Shown: one piece after another, positions 15,223 to 16,869 of the stretch
Numbering within the stretch: the first letter of the stretch is position 1
Layout: each line of letters opens with the position of its first letter
Source of the DNA: Candidatus Oleincola secundus
GTDB taxonomy: Bacteria > Atribacterota > Phoenicimicrobiia > Phoenicimicrobiales > Stramentimicrobiaceae
Direction of reading: 5' to 3'
DNA length: 16,869 nucleotides
Assembly (NCBI GenBank): GCA_018400815.1
Contig: JAGYLS010000037.1
Location: 1-16,869 of the forward strand
Program-made: the position numbers and the translations under genes
The notes under the pieces: model-generated
What the model was told of the DNA's origin: nothing
The model's database searches: none
What the model saw: only the letters and a program-made list of their open reading frames with translations

Positions 15223-16641
15223 ATGGATACGTTACAAAAAACATTACAAAGTACCACTATCAGGGTTGTCTTTGTTGCTATTTTAGCTCTATTATTACTG
15301 ATTCCTACGGGGATGATTAAATCTGTCATTCGTGAGAGGGAAATGAATCGTGACACAGCCATAGCCAGCGTGATTTCAGATTGGGGAGGAAAGCAAGTTG
15401 TGGTAGGTCCCATTTTGACTGTTCCTTATGACGTTTATAGAACCGTTGACGGCAAACAAATCAAAGAGCTTGCCTATGTTCATTTTCTACCAGAAGAACT
15501 TACAATAGAATCTACTATTAAACCCGAACTAAGATCTCGAGGAATTTATGACGCAGTTGTCTATAACTCCGATCTTCATTTTTCAGGAAACTTTCCTCAA
15601 CTGGATTTTAAAGCTTTAGGTATAGAGTCTTATCAATTACACAGGACAGAAGCCTTTGTTAGTATTGGAATTCCTGATATGCGTGGGTTAGAGGAAAGAA
15701 CAATTTTTAAATTAGGAAACAAAGATTTACAATTTATTTCGGGTATTATTACCGATGATGTGATTAGAAACTTTACTGATCCTCAAGCGTTTTATTTCCC
15801 AGAAGAACAAACCAAGAGAATAATGGTGGAGGGGTCAGTAGGGAATAGCGCTTCGGGTTTGAATGCTGATGTTCCGGAAGCTTTTCTTTATTCGGCTTCT
15901 AACTTTGAATTTAATTTAAAATTAAAGGGAAGTGAGAGATTAGCTTTCATACCTTTAGGAGAAACTACTGATGTTCAGATAAATTCTAATTGGACATCTC
16001 CCAGCTTTGATGGATCATTCCTACCGGATGAAAGAGAACTTTCTGAAGAAGGTTTTACCAGCTCTTGGCATGTTTTAGATTTAAATAGAAATTATCCGCA
16101 AGCTTGGGTAGGTGACAGTTACAATGTCTACGACTCTGTTTTTGGAGTAAGTTTAATTAACCCAGTCGACGGTTACCAGAAATCAAATCGTTCTATTAAC
16201 TATGCTCTATTAATTATAGCTTTAACATTCTTAATCTTTTTATCATTTGAAATCTTCAATAGAAAAAGAGTTCATCCTGTTCAATATATCTTGGTGGGGT
16301 TGGCTTTGGTTTTGTTTTATACTTTGTTGGTTTCCATTTCAGAAATCCTTGGATTCGATAAGGCCTATGGAATTGCCAGTGTGGCTACCATCGGATTGAT
16401 TATTTTGTATTCTAATACAGTTCTACAGTCAAAAAGATTTGTGGCTATTCAAGGAGGAGTCCTAGTCTTTTTGTATACTTTTGTTTTTATTCTTCTCCAA
16501 TTAGAAGATTACGCTTTGCTGATTGGCAGTACCGGGCTTTTCCTTATTTTAGCCAGCATTATGTATCTGTCTCGAAAAGTGGATTGGTATACTCTTGATA
16601 AAAAGGAAATGGAAACACTTGATGATTTTTATAATCAATAA
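15223..16641 (+). CDS. creD: Cell envelope integrity inner membrane protein CreD
   Basis: LLIP..MI..VI.ERE, WGG.Q.V.GP.L.VPY, LPE.L, RGIY, W.SPSF.G.FLP, GF.SSW, FGV.L..PVD.YQ...R..YA, HPVQY.LVG.AL..FY.LL.SISE, LEDYALL.GS, MY.SR.VDWY; start reassigned to ATG 15223. Confidence 0.93.
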   Translation: MDTLQKTLQSTTIRVVFVAILALLLLIPTGMIKSVIREREMNRDTAIASVISDWGGKQVVVGPILTVPYDVYRTVDGKQIKELAYVHFLPEELTIESTIKPELRSRGIYDAVVYNSDLHFSGNFPQLDFKALGIESYQLHRTEAFVSIGIPDMRGLEERTIFKLGNKDLQFISGIITDDVIRNFTDPQAFYFPEEQTKRIMVEGSVGNSASGLNADVPEAFLYSASNFEFNLKLKGSERLAFIPLGETTDVQINSNWTSPSFDGSFLPDERELSEEGFTSSWHVLDLNRNYPQAWVGDSYNVYDSVFGVSLINPVDGYQKSNRSINYALLIIALTFLIFLSFEIFNRKRVHPVQYILVGLALVLFYTLLVSISEILGFDKAYGIASVATIGLIILYSNTVLQSKRFVAIQGGVLVFLYTFVFILLQLEDYALLIGSTGLFLILASIMYLSRKVDWYTLDKKEMETLDDFYNQ

Positions 16642-16648
16642 AAAGTCT

Positions 16649-16678
16649 CCTATCCCAGTAAAACCCGCCGAATTCTTC
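16649..16678 (+). repeat. Direct repeat, right of creD
   Basis: CCTATCCCAGTAAAACCCgccgAATTCTTC, starting 7 nt after the creD stop. Confidence 0.85.
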
Positions 16679-16691
16679 TGGATTAAACAAT

Positions 16692-16730
16692 AAAAACAGC
16701 GGGCTAATCATTGTTGACGATTAGTCCGCT
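16692..16730 (-). terminator. Intrinsic terminator between convergent genes
   Basis: AGCGGGCTAATC/GATTAGTCCGCT stem (16698-16730), followed by GTTTTT on the minus strand. Confidence 0.6.
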
Positions 16731-16748
16731 TATCTATGATTTAAAAAC

Positions 16749-16868
16749 TTATTTAAGGTTTATGATTCTTTCAGCGCATTCTCTGGCGACTCTTGCGTCT
16801 GAGTTTTCACTCCCAGGCATCGTTGCCCAGCCTTGTTTTTGGATGTATTCATACCGAGTCCAAGAGTT
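16749..16868 (-). CDS. 3' end of a hypothetical protein (partial)
   Basis: Open frame from the window edge NSWTRYEYIQKQGWATMPGSENSDARVARECAERIINLK*, followed by a terminator. Confidence 0.65.
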   Translation of the reverse strand, partial: NSWTRYEYIQKQGWATMPGSENSDARVARECAERIINLK

Positions 16869-16869
16869 C

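Noticed and set aside
197..15413. Other short ORFs (197-442, 9796-9996, 11226-11492, 11938-12123, 12396-12581, 15219-15413)
   Set aside because: Nested in or antisense to well-supported genes, with no motifs
16559..16711. ~50-aa minus-strand ORF crossing the right direct repeat
   Set aside because: Starts inside a terminator hairpin and overlaps creD antisense; probably spurious
15094..16730. Integron cassette (attC) interpretation for creD
   Set aside because: No RYYYAAC...GTTRRRY box architecture and no integrase seen
1..16869. Alternative genetic code (UGA=Gly)
   Set aside because: Conserved genes are full length under code 11, and the desulfurase ends at a plausible TGA

Overview
AT-rich bacterial window whose gene content points to a Patescibacteria/CPR genome, probably Parcubacteria-like (inferred from a short IF2, DUF4446-infB-rbfA order, Gmad2 protein and absent Shine-Dalgarno motifs; standard genetic code). 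It is mostly housekeeping: argS, PIF1-type helicase, class 1A dihydroorotate dehydrogenase, rpmG (missed by the ORF track), murI, rbfA, infB, DUF4446, cysteine desulfurase, a catalytically dead HtrA-like protein, a Clp ATPase, creD and five tRNAs (Trp, Lys, Leu, Cys, Tyr). The most interesting signals are: (1) a structured element behind tRNA-Tyr that carries inverted and direct copies of the tRNA 3' end and terminator, with a matching GATTCGAA junction at a 54-bp perfect palindrome behind rpmG; (2) recurring GAA/AAA triloop hairpins; (3) a ClpB-type ATPase with a ClpP-docking IGF loop; (4) widespread apparently leaderless genes, including pyrD starting 3 nt after tRNA-Trp; (5) creD flanked by 30-bp direct repeats. 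All calls were made by eye, with no database searches.
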